A stretch of DNA of 64,000 nt from Hydrolagus colliei (taxonomy: Eukaryota). The stretch's first letter is position 1. The number at the start of each line of letters is the position of its first letter. The translations under genes and the position numbers were made by a program. The notes beneath the pieces were generated by a model. It saw only the letters and a program-made list of their open reading frames with translations. It was not told the origin of the DNA and searched no databases. The stretch lies in the NCBI GenBank assembly GCA_035084275.1, contig CM068750.1, positions 9,176,001-9,240,000 on the forward strand, in the 5' to 3' direction. Of the stretch, positions 40,714 to 51,865 are shown piece by piece.

Positions 40714-41576
40714 GTGTCACATACCACAGGCTGCCAGGACCCTCACACGCACATCCATAATAGGTGTGGGTTATGCTTGACTATGCGAACTCGCTGCTTG
40801 TCGGCCTCCCGAACTCCCCCCCTGCATAGGCCCTCCTGATTGGCTCCCGTCAGTGCCTTCATACCTCATGCGCTGACAACATCACTGTCTCACACTTCAC
40901 CTCACTGAGCCACTCCGGAACCTTGGTGTCTTGTTTGACGCTCAACTATTCTTTCTACCCCACATCCGTGCCATGACGTGCTCTGCCTTCCCTCACTTCC
41001 GCAACATCCGCCCACTCCATAGTGCCAGTGTCACATACCACATACCAAGACCCACATACACACATCCATAATAGGTGTGGGTTAGGCTTGACTATGCAAA
41101 GTCACTGCTTGTCGGCCTCCTGAACTCCCCCCCCCTCCATAGGCTGCAGATCATCCAGAAATCTGCAGCCATATCCTCTCCTGCACCAGGCTCCATGTCC
41201 CTATCATCCCTATTCTTGCTCGACTCCACTGGCATCCCATCACACAAAAGATGCAGTATAAGATCCTGATCCTCACCTTCAAAGACCTTCATGGCCTTGG
41301 TCCATCCTGCCTCTGCAACCTCCTGCCCGCTCCCTCTGCTCATTGGTGTCTCCAGCCTGCTTCATTTCCTCCACCTTGCCTGCTTCACCATTGGTGGGTG
41401 GGCCTTCAATTCTGCCCCCACCTTCTGGACTCCATCCCACAGTCCCTCCCTTGTATCCCTTGCCTCCTTCAAGACTCTCCCGACCCCCAGCTTAAGTCCA
41501 AAACACTGATTCTCCAGTGCCTTAGGACGTCCTCCCAACATGAAAGATGCTGTAGAAATGTAAATTTGTTGTTGTT
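40714..41576 (+). mobile_element. Rearranged L2-clade LINE 3' fragment with internal duplication
   Basis: RNLGVLFDAQL, RLDYAKSLLVGL...LHRLQIIQKSAA and QYKILILTFKDLHGLGPS are L2 ORF2 motifs; tail ccagtgccttaggacgtcc...atgaaagatgctgtagaaatgtaaatttgttgttg. Confidence 0.85.
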
Positions 41577-41895
41577 CTCTTCAATATCTATAATTTGCTT
41601 CTGCTTGAGTGAGAGGAAATACCATAATAGTATACTTTGCGGTGCCTACTGCAATTACCAATTTGTACCATCTGATTTTGGTTCACCATCTTTGAAACAC
41701 TGCCACTGTTAGCCAGTACAATAATACAAATTGGAACATAAATTTAAAGTGTGATTTGCATGGTTTCAACTTTTGCATCCATGGAGTCCTAAAAAAAATA
41801 GTTTTAGCATTGTTACTCGCAAATTGCTGTGGGATATCTGGCAATCACCTGCAGACGTTCGGCACAGTGGGAAATACTATTCAGAGTCTGCTTTT

Positions 41896-42198
41896 AATAA
41901 TAATAATAATCCTTACATTTGCTGTAGCGCATTTCATGTCTTCTAGTCATCTCAGGGTCAGATTTTACTGTAAAGTAAATTGATTGTATACTTGTGTGCA
42001 AAATGCAGCAGCCAATTTTATGCAGCACTGTTCCACAAACAGTGTGGATTAAAGTGACCGATTTTATTCTTGTTTTTTTCTTGAGGGATTATTATCAGGT
42101 GTGTGGAGTAAGGAAACTTGCCCACGGTTTTGCTCTGCCAGGTAGCAAATCCAAGTCTCTCTCTTGCAAGGCGCGTGCTTTCACCACTGAGCTCCTCG
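41896..42198 (-). mobile_element. Near full-length tRNA-derived SINE (same family as 9053)
   Basis: taataataataatccttacattt tail; gtgtggagtaaggaaacttgccca and gcgtgctttcaccactgagct mirror the 9053 head. Confidence 0.8.
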
Positions 42199-44289
42199 TT
42201 TTTTTACCATAGTTAAGCAAGCAGCCATTTTAGAATACAAGTTAACTGTGGAGATGACAGGAAAAGCAATATTGTATATGGATCCTATTTTAAAATGTAT
42301 TAGCTTGTATAAAACCTGTTTCAGTCTTTAGGTATTTAATGTTGTCGTATATTAACATTGAGTATTGAATCTTGCCACGTAGTAATGCTGAGTAGTGCAC
42401 TTGGCTTGCACACTAGATTTGAAAGCCTTCAGCAATTGCAATTTTGCACAACCTCTGTTAGACACAACATTTTTCAGCAAAGCAACATAGGTCGAAGAAT
42501 AGAGGCACAAAAATGCTTAACTATAAATGTATTGTAATAATTGTGAATTTATAAACCAATAAGCTTGCATTAGTTTAACCATAGCATGTGATTGCTACTC
42601 TAAATTCAGTGCAAAACTGAAAGGGTATTAGAACACCTAGACCATTCACAGGATTATTGCTATATAATATGCTCCCATTTCTTTTCTGTTTCATTTACAA
42701 TCTGTAACTGATTAACCAGGCTATGTGTGTAATTTTCTTTGTAAAATGAGTGTGAAAAACATTGCAGATAAACGATTGAACAGGCATACACAAAGTTACA
42801 TAGTGTAATTAGGATGCAGTAAAGATACAAAATCTGGTCTTTCGCAGGCCAGGTTGGTGGTCATTTAATCTACCTGTGTTAAAAGCGAGGTGAACACATG
42901 GGAAAAGTTAACTCAGCATTGGAGCTATATGGAGGTTATGAAGTTTTAAAATTTTTGTCACGCAATATAATCGGAAAATATAGCAAGGGAGAATGTGAAC
43001 ACTGCTGCTAAATCGTTAACCTGGGCACTGCATGTAGGTAGTCATTCTGGAGCCACGTGCTTGTGATGCATTGTGTCAGTATTCCTACATGGGCTGTTTT
43101 AATTATGCTCAGCCCCTGGTATACTAATCCTGCTCTGTAGGGGGTAGGCACCATCTTCACTCTGATAGGCACACAGGGGAAATCATAAATACCTTAGAAA
43201 CCTACCATGATGTGAAATCTATCCGTTGCCGTGGCAACGCAAGACAGGGGCTGCATAATTTCAACATTTTATGACCTCAGTTTATTGGGTGTGAGAAAAT
43301 ATAATGTTGTGGTGCAAGAAGACAGTGTTCAAGGTTTAACTATGGTCATTTTGAAGGTGCTAAGGAAAACCGTGAGGCCTGCAAGGATTTGCTACTGTAG
43401 CGCTCCTATCTGCCTAAGTGTGAGTGCGTGTTTGCAACTATGATGGATAACGGCTGAAACATATCGTCTTTATGGTTGAAATTTAGTGAAATGTCAGATT
43501 AATGGGATATATAAAAAAAACTATGGATTAAGTTTTTCAAAATGTTATGAGAATGTTTACACAATTTACTTAATAAGATCCCTACGGCTTGGATTGGATG
43601 TGCAAACAGAATAAGTTCAATTGTGTGCTTTTTTGTTCAACCCGCATTGAGATGTTTACTTAACATGATCTGGCGCTTGTCCACTTTGTTCAAAAGAATA
43701 TTAGGGTAAAGAAAAAAAAGGTTTACCAGACTTGGTTGGAGCTCAGTGGTGAAAACTATGAACAAATCAGTTTTACTATCAGTTGAGGTTTATGGTTCTG
43801 TTCTGATGAAAAGCTTGCATTTTTGTTCATTAAAACTGTGGCAAATCTGTTAGCGTCTGTTTTTTAAGCATCTCTGGAGAAAATTGGCATTGCTGACCTT
43901 TTGGGTTTGTGTTATGCTTACAATGTGTGATAATATGAGGCCCATGAATACCATCTCTGAAACTTGGCTGGATATAGTCGTATTATACATTCAGATGCAT
44001 CTGTATATACACATGATGCAATTGATGTATTGATGTGAAAACATTCAAATAGATTTATAGACCTGCAAATTATTAAGCACTTGCTATGGGAAGAAATTCC
44101 ACCGGCATTTAAATTTACGCTATTTATGAGGCTTTTCAGAGCTTCCAAGAAAATGGCAAATTGTTGAATTCAGTCTTAACTTTGAAGGCATTTTTCTGTG
44201 ATTCTTAAAGGAACCTTCGTTCAAAATTAAGATTGTGTTTAAGAATTTGCCATGATATGCTGGATAGATTTAGCAACTTTCACCAAACG

Positions 44290-44465
44290 AGATTGGGAGA
44301 AACTTTCTTCTATTTTCAGATAGCACCATCGGATCTTTAACGTTCACCTGAACAGGCAGGTGGTACCTTGGGTTAACATCTCATCTGTAATACAACACCT
44401 TCAACTATCCAATGGTTTCCTAGCACTGCAATGGAATGTTAGTCTAGACCGTGAATTCAAAGTCC
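44290..44465 (-). mobile_element. Deu-domain SINE fragment
   Basis: ggatctttaacgttcacctgaacaggcagg...ggttaacatctcatctg. Confidence 0.65.
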
Positions 44466-45433
44466 CATCTCATAACTTCGGAATTGTCAGGAAGTAAACA
44501 TTTAAAATAAGCATGTAGGGATAATCCTTGCCCAGGGTATAATGTAATCTTCTGTTAATCCATTCTATTCTATGGTGTGCATTGTTGTTTCACATTCCCT
44601 GCATTACGAGATTTCCATTTTGCGTGGTATCCAGAATCAATCTTTTTGCTCCGTATTGTCTGTTGATCATCTCCCGAGGTGAGCCCAGCGAAAGCATTTG
44701 TTTTCACATTAATAGGGGCAGTGAATGTCAGTAGCCTATTCAGCATTCGAGTGTGTCGGAGCCGAGCAATTAAAAGTAGAAACCATGACTGATTGCAGAA
44801 AGCATCAGTGTTTTTAAGAGGATACATGAGAGAGAAGTAAAGGAGCATGTGAGGAGGGATTTAGTATAGATGGTAGCTAATGTGGAATATAACATGGGCA
44901 CAGACAGTGGACTGAATGGCATATTAGGTTACTGTATGGTCTGTATAATTCTATATAGATATTTGGCACAAAAATGTATATATACAATCAATAGCTACAC
45001 AGTATGAATGATTTACATTGAGTGGTTGAACTAATATCACTGTAATAGGATTTTAAGCCAAGAAATACAAAGCTAAAAGAATATTTGAAGGTATTTTGTG
45101 TAGAGTAAATAATAACATTCATGATGGATTGATTATATTTACAGCCGTTATAACAAAAAGTGTGTTTTCTGTCTCATCTTACAGAAATGTTTGTATTGCA
45201 ATAACCTTGTAAATTACTAGGTCATCTGTGTTCATAGGGGAATACTGTTGGATTGTCGAGTAGTAATGAGACGTGTTTTAAATATAGCATGGTTGATTTT
45301 TGGCTGCAGGTTTGATTTTTTTTAGGCTTTTGTTGAACATACTTTAATCATTATTCATGTGATTCAGAGCAAATTTGACAAATGATTGTGTTTTGAAAAC
45401 TAATAGCTATTGGTGAAATCCAATTTTTTCCAG

Positions 45434-45526
45434 AATGTGAGAAGAAAACAAAACTTGTTTGCCAGCAGTCGCCAGATACATTACTCCAACCGTTCAAGGA
45501 AAAAATGGAAGCGTTTATTGAAAGTG
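45434..45526 (+). CDS. FMN1: Formin-1 FH2 exon (ECEKKTKLVCQQSPDTLLQPFKEKMEAFIES)
   Basis: ttttttccAG acceptor, G|GTGAGT donor; 93 nt, phase 1 to 1; LQPFK motif. Confidence 0.94.
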
Positions 45527-46872
45527 GTGAGTAACATTCTTGTAGCATTTTTATCTCTTACCTCCCTTAAACCACATTCCTTGATCTCACAATATTGGGT
45601 TAAATCACACAGCTCGTTAGGGCGTCTCCCATATTAGGCGCTGAATTCTCTTTTTAGTTTTGTCTTGGAATTGGTTCAGAATGATTTTGTTTGATATGTT
45701 TCCTGCTGAAAAAATTATGTGTGAGCATCAAACTGTGAGGCTTTGTTTATGGTGTTTTAATCAAATTCATCTTAACTCATCGTTAGCAATCAATTCAAAT
45801 GCTCTCATTTTAGCTTTTGAAAAAAAATCAATGGAAGTATTGCATAATACATTGGTGGTGGGGGTGGGGGAGGGTGGAGAGGTTGCCAGTATTATGGTAT
45901 CCAAAACTACTAAAACTTTGCTCTCATGGTTTACGACGACATCTGAACCCCATGATTAAATTACGGTCTTATTACTCAGTGCAGCCATGCATAATTGTAT
46001 GTGTTGTTCTGCTCATTGTGGCCGTCAGCCTGCAAAGATATATGATACCGTGTCTCCAATACCTTGTTTAATCTATACTTCATTGGCTCTAACATGAATC
46101 AGCAAAGACTGTAACTCTTAGTACATAATTGATTGGGCAATTGATTTTCATTCCTTCTTTACCCAGGAAAATGTTCCTTTGTTTAATGTTGGATTGCTTG
46201 TCTAATGTCCTTATCCAATTGTTCAGCTAGTCCATGTACTGATATTTTTATGTGAACTAAATGTTGCAAAGCACACTGAATTGATTCCCCCCACCTCTCT
46301 CCTCCGCCCCCTCCCTACCATGCATACACATAAATGTGCCATTACCAACCCAAGTGCTGAAATTGTACTGCTTCCCCATTTTACTAAAATACTAAGTTGT
46401 CTAGATCATTAGAAAACATTTTTTTCACATGAAAGTGGCTGAATTTGAGTACAGAGTATGTCTTCATTTGCAAAAGAAAAAAGAAAATTAATTTTCCTTG
46501 AAAAATGCTTCCCACTGACTTTGGTGTTTTTAAAACTTTGTTTGTATTCCTAAAAATATGGCTTAAATATCACTCAAACCAAAAGTAAAACAAGCAAACT
46601 TCAAATACCATAACCACAACAAGTTTCAACAGCGAGATCAGATTCACAGTATTAATCATCCTGATGGGGATTATGGAGTCATCGCCATGTTGTTTTTGGA
46701 GTGTGCACAACCATTTAGTTGCATTCTCGTGTTTCCAGGCAAACCAATATTACCTTTTATATTGGGAAGTGAGTCAATGTTTCGGATCCACAACCCAGTG
46801 TCGAAACTGGGCCATGTTGGAGGGGGGAAAGGCATTTTAGTTCTTAAATGCCTCTCACTCCCAACATGCCCC

Positions 46873-46975
46873 AATTCTGATGAAGGATCATGGATCCAAA
46901 ACTTTGATTCACTTTGCTTTCTGCATGCTGAGTGTTCAAGCGACTTCTGTTTTTGTTTCGATTTCATCTGCAGTA
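46873..46975 (+). mobile_element. Penelope-type short repeat with decayed minimal hammerhead motif (copy A)
   Basis: aattCTGATGAaggatcatggatccaAAACtttgatt...tgctgagtgttcaagcgacttctgtttttgtttc; homologous to copies at 49.4, 50.8 and 58.3 kb. Confidence 0.6.
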
Positions 46976-47664
46976 TTTTGCCTTCTGTGTTTTATATTTG
47001 TTTGTTAATTTTGTTGTGTTCATTTAAGTGTGATTATTAAACTCACTGCATGTAAGAATTATTATTAGATACAGTATTATTCAATTTACAGCAGCGCAGT
47101 ATGTTTAACAACTATTTTTTGACAACAACAATTTTATTTGCTGATTGAAGTGTTACTGTTATTAATAAAGTAGTAATTTTGCTGCAAAGGGAACATTTCC
47201 CCACCTCTCACCCCTTTGAGAAAGGTAATACATAAATCATCGCATGTTATAGAAGGTTTGCTGGGTCCACATTTCTGAAACCTGAGCCCACTCAGCACTG
47301 CACACAATTCCAATCTATTCTGCAATTGCAGTTTGTTTACTACGGTCTGTATTATCTTTGGAATTAGAAGTCAACATTGTGCCTCCATTAGAGGAAATTT
47401 GCCAAGAATTCTTAGAACAAGGGAGCAAACCATATATGCTCTGGTCCAACTGTTCTACCTATATTAAGGTTTGCTCCAGTCAGTGACTTAGCTATTGCAC
47501 CACTAGAACAGCCAGAGCTGATGCACCAGCAAAAGCCAATGCTGATTATTAATTTTACAATATTAATACACACAACAAAGCTAGCATTCCTATCCTTGTA
47601 ACCAGAGATCCCAATGGCTCAGAGACACACATCACTGTGCAGATTCTGTGTGTGTATGTGTGTA

Positions 47665-47700
47665 GGGTGGGGGGGGGGGGGGGGGGGGCAGTGGGGAGGG
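47665..47700 (+). repeat. Poly-G tract (G20 at 47669-47688) with flanking G runs
   Basis: gggt(g)20cagtggggaggg. Confidence 0.85.
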
Positions 47701-47886
47701 AAGGAAGTATAATAGGTCATACACCACCATGGCTTCCACCAGACCTATGACCATCACTCTCACTCTCAGATATGCGAGAAAATATGCACAACACAATACT
47801 ATATACAGTACATGAACTGTGCCATATCCCTCTGAGGGTCAGAGTAGATTGGAGCCGAGAGGCTGAGGCCATATCAAGTAGCAGGC

Positions 47887-47953
47887 AACATTAGTTAGTA
47901 TTTTACACATGAGCAAATGTCACTTGCTCATGTGTAAAATACTAACTAATGTT
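47887..47953. repeat. Perfect inverted repeat, 30-bp arms and 7-nt spacer
   Basis: aacattagttagtattttacacatgagcaa-atgtcac-ttgctcatgtgtaaaatactaactaatgtt. Confidence 0.95.
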
Positions 47954-48966
47954 ATATCTAGGATGAGATTTAACCCCTCTCTTCCTGAAACTTTTTTTAA
48001 TTCTTTCTTGGGAGGAGTGTCATGTTGGCAGACATGTTTGCTTGTAGTTGCCAAGAGAAGGTGGTGGTGGCAGGCCTTACTTGTTATTTAGACATGAACT
48101 TCTCTGAAATATCTTAATTTCTGAGCAGTTTTGTAAACCATATGTTTGAAATGGTACATGGGCACTATAAAGTATTGGTGCTAGAATTTCATTTATTTTT
48201 TTTAATTGAGCTAAATTAGTTTACCGTGACATTTACAACTCTTGTGTGTGCTTTTCGGCTTCTCGTGACAATCTAACTGTGTTCAGAATGATTTACACAA
48301 CCTCTCATTCAACACTTTTCAGAGGGGGTGAGAATTTGCGGGTTGCTCACATTTCTAGTTTTAATTGACTCATTGTTCTTTCTTTTACTCACCCTGACGT
48401 TTCTGAGAATAAACATATGTTTTCTGTTGAAGTGAGATTTTGTCCGGTCTTTGGAATTACCAACCTTATTCTACGGCTGCGCTGATCATTAATGTTTTCC
48501 ATTCCATCCAAAAAAGAGAAAGCGTGTTTGCATCGAATCTGGTTTGAATTTGTTCAGCATTTACGCAAACAAATTGTGCAATGGCCATCTCAGCACTTGG
48601 AAAGGAAAAACAACTTAACCGTGCTAGAAGACATTCATAGAATCTGAATGCTTGAACTATTCCAAGAGAATAATTTCCATGATCAGACAGTTGAGGACAC
48701 ACTTTATAATAGCCTTTCCCATTTAATTGAAATCATATGTTTAGCATTTCCAGCAGTGGTTTATATGGGATGTTTTACAGATCTTCCTTGCCACTGCTGG
48801 AACTACTTTACTACATTTTGGTCAACCTCCTCCTCCCTCTTTCCATTATAGTAGTTAAAGCCCTCGGAGCATGCTTACCAGCCGGTGTATCGTCATTTTT
48901 TTCCCATTGCAACTATCACCTTCCAATCCCCTCCTATTTTTCTTGTTCCTGTTGGGAGTCTATCTA

Positions 48967-49197
48967 CAGTAAAAGCCTATTTATCCAGCACCCGATCAAC
49001 CGTAACTTCCGTATAACCAGCATCGCAAAAAAAAGGTCTGCATTCGATTAACCAGAATTTATCCGGAAAAATGCATTGAAAAAAAATTGTTTGGGGTTTT
49101 TTTTGAGTTTTCGGCGAGTTTTCGGCCGAATATCCAGCAGGCACTTTAATCAGCATTGGCCAGGTCCCGAGGGTGCCAGATAAATGGGCTTTTACTG
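48967..49197. mobile_element. Tc1/mariner (pogo/Tigger-like) MITE, 231 bp
   Basis: 27-bp TIRs CAGTAAAAGCCTATTTATCCAGCACCC / GGGTGCCAGATAAATGGGCTTTTACTG (24/27 match), TA on both flanks (48965-48966, 49198-49199), no ORF. Confidence 0.9.
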
Positions 49198-49417
49198 TAC
49201 CTTCTTGTTAAAATGTGGTATCTCTCCCAGCTTGTATTTCACCTTTCCATTTACTCCTAGCTTTTCTGTTTGTGTCTCCCCTCTTATTATCCTGTCCTGC
49301 TTCGAATCTGGTACAGAGAGTAGCGCCCTAATGTGAAGAACAGCCCACATAAACACAAGTTGAACCTAATGTTCCACAGGGCTCTCCAGGATATCATTAC
49401 CATCCTAATGTGAGGTA

Positions 49418-49510
49418 TAAACACAATAGTTGCTGGGAACATGCAGCAGGTCAGGCAGCACTCATGGAGAGAGGAAACTTAGTTAACGTTTCAGGTCAAT
49501 GACCTATCAG
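49418..49510 (-). mobile_element. Penelope-type short repeat with hammerhead-like motif (copy B)
   Basis: Reverse strand: CTGAT-aggtcattgacct-GAAACGTTaact...ctccatgagtgctgcctgacctgctg. Confidence 0.6.
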
Positions 49511-50810
49511 GAGGTGAACTGCCTCACAACTGTGAGAAAGGACAATTGTGTAAAATTTTAAAAAGTCACCCCTAAGTATGAAAATGCAAATTTATAGAAC
49601 ATTTATTGATAGGATAAATGCACAATGCATTCTGTGGAACTGTAATAGATTCAATCAAATTGTGTGTACTTTTCAATAAATGTCTGGTTTTTTTTAGACA
49701 TCTTCAAAGCATTCTGTTGTTTCTCATATTTGGAGAAATGAAAATCTCCTTACTAATGTATGCATACATCTTTTGAGTAGATTGTTTTGCTCACATATTG
49801 ATTGTCAGTTACAATCTTGCCCCTAAATATGTTTACTTTCTTCATGCTTAATAGACATCTATGGGTTCCTCTTTCAAAGATCTGGCACAAAAGTGATGAG
49901 CCAAATGATCTTCTATGCTATTAATTTCTATATTGTTTAATTCGTACCTCATTCAGCCAAGACATTTTTGAACCGATGTAGAAAGTTAGCCTTCTGACCT
50001 CCCACCGCACCCTTCAAAGAAAGGTCTCTCTTTGATATTTTTCAGTGCTATAGGTAGGATTCAATTATTTGTGTGAAGAATATTGGGATCAACCTCACAT
50101 TTTATTACACTTCCAGCACAAGTTATTGGCAAGGTTTCCTCTCCTGATTGCTATCCAGTGACGTCTGCTGGAAGAGGCAGATTGGATCTCTTTTCCAGCC
50201 ATCAGACATCCATCACCACAATGCCTGAGTAACTGAGACTTTCAGCAAAGAGCATGTCCTTCATCTCAAAGCACAAGGTTCAGAGGTTTATACCAAGGGT
50301 CATATTGTGCTTCTTTCCCTAGGGTGACATTGTTTTAAGAGAGGTTTTCATAGTCTAAGCTGCAGAGATGCTGCCAAACACCAGAATGGGTTCTATTGCT
50401 GCTGCTTTGCAGCATCCTCTCAAAGCACTTTGAGACGCTGATAAGACGTGGAAAGCGCTATATAAATATAAGGATTATTATTATTATTATAACTGCGAAA
50501 AAGTTATTTAAAAATTACCAGTTCATCAGGTCACCCAGCTATCAAGCCAGCAATTTTCCTAGATACCTACAAGCATTCAATCTGAGAGCTGCTTATTTCC
50601 CCTCAGATCAATTAGGAACGAGGTGCTGCTTAAACATTCGTTTTTCCGTAGCTGGGTGCTTCAACAGCCAGGAAGAGATTTGGTCCAGGAGTTTATACAA
50701 GGATGGCTGAGAGATAATGCATTATTAGGAAGGAACACTGAAATCCTAGCACCTGACATGATAGAAAATATCTCCTCAGAGTGAATCTCCTCGTAGCAAC
50801 AATACTATTC

Positions 50811-50910
50811 TAAAACAGAAATCGTTGGGATCACTCAGCAGGTCACGCATCATCTATGGAGAAAGGAAAAGTGAGTTTACGTTTCACGACCACAACCCTT
50901 CGTCAGAACT
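50811..50910 (-). ncRNA. Penelope-type short repeat with minimal type I hammerhead ribozyme core (copy C)
   Basis: Reverse strand 50910-50874: AGTT CTGACGA agggttgtggtcgt GAAAC GTA AACT; all core nucleotides present, stem II degenerate. Confidence 0.5.
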
Positions 50911-51501
50911 GAATACTTTTCTAAAGGTTAATATCAAATGCAAGGATTATTATTAGTTTATTATTCTGCCATTGGAATCTGTACAAAAAAATAATCCTAC
51001 TGGCACCAAGGATCAATCTATTTAACTCAGACGCATAATAATAAATATAGTGGGATGGATAGTTTGTCCAACCCCAGGTTTATCCAATAATTAATCTTCT
51101 GTTTTAGTCCAGAATTGTTGTCCATAAACAGTGTAAACACCTAATGGTTAATATCAAGCACTATATTTCCTGGACAGAAGCATGCTTTTATAATTTAGGA
51201 TTGCCTGTCACTGATTGTCAGGGAGTCCATTAGGGTAGAGCTAATCCTGAATTATTTTCTATTCTACTGTCCCAATGAAATACAAAATAATATATTTATG
51301 TCTCATGCCCGAAATGCCTTGGAGATGTCTTGAAATCAAACACAGAGCCTCATTCAGCTCATCAATTCATTTCTTACTCAGGCCACCAGCTTAGTAACAG
51401 CGCCTTGGAACGTCCTCCTGACGTGAAAGGCACTCTATAAACATAATTTTGTTGTTGTTGTACTAGTCTATCGTGGGTTTTTCATTGATCCATGGTTGAT
51501 C

Positions 51502-51865
51502 AATCCAGAAAAGATTCACCAGGGTGTTGCCTGGAATGAGGGCATACAATTATGGGGAAAAGCTTGATAAACTGGAGCTTTTTTCTTTGGAGATCAGAAG
51601 ATTGAGCAGGGATATGATAGAAGTACAGGTATATAAAATGGTGGGAATCTTGGATAGGCTAAGATTATTTCCAATATACTGTACATGTATATTAGAACAA
51701 CCATGTGCACATTTAAAAAAAAGCCTGGGCAAATGGTTAAGAGAGAATAAAGTTGAGGGATATGAGGATAAAGCCAGGATGTGGTACTAGGACGATCTTG
51801 TGAAGTATAAACTCCAGCCAGACTGAATGGCCTGATTTGAAGTTGTACCATCTATGAATCCATAA
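51502..51865 (+). mobile_element. CR1-clade LINE 3' fragment
   Basis: QKRFTRVLPGMRAYNYGEKLDKLELFSLEIRRLSRDMIEV is the canonical CR1 ORF2 C-terminal motif; gactgaatggcct terminal motif. Confidence 0.85.
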
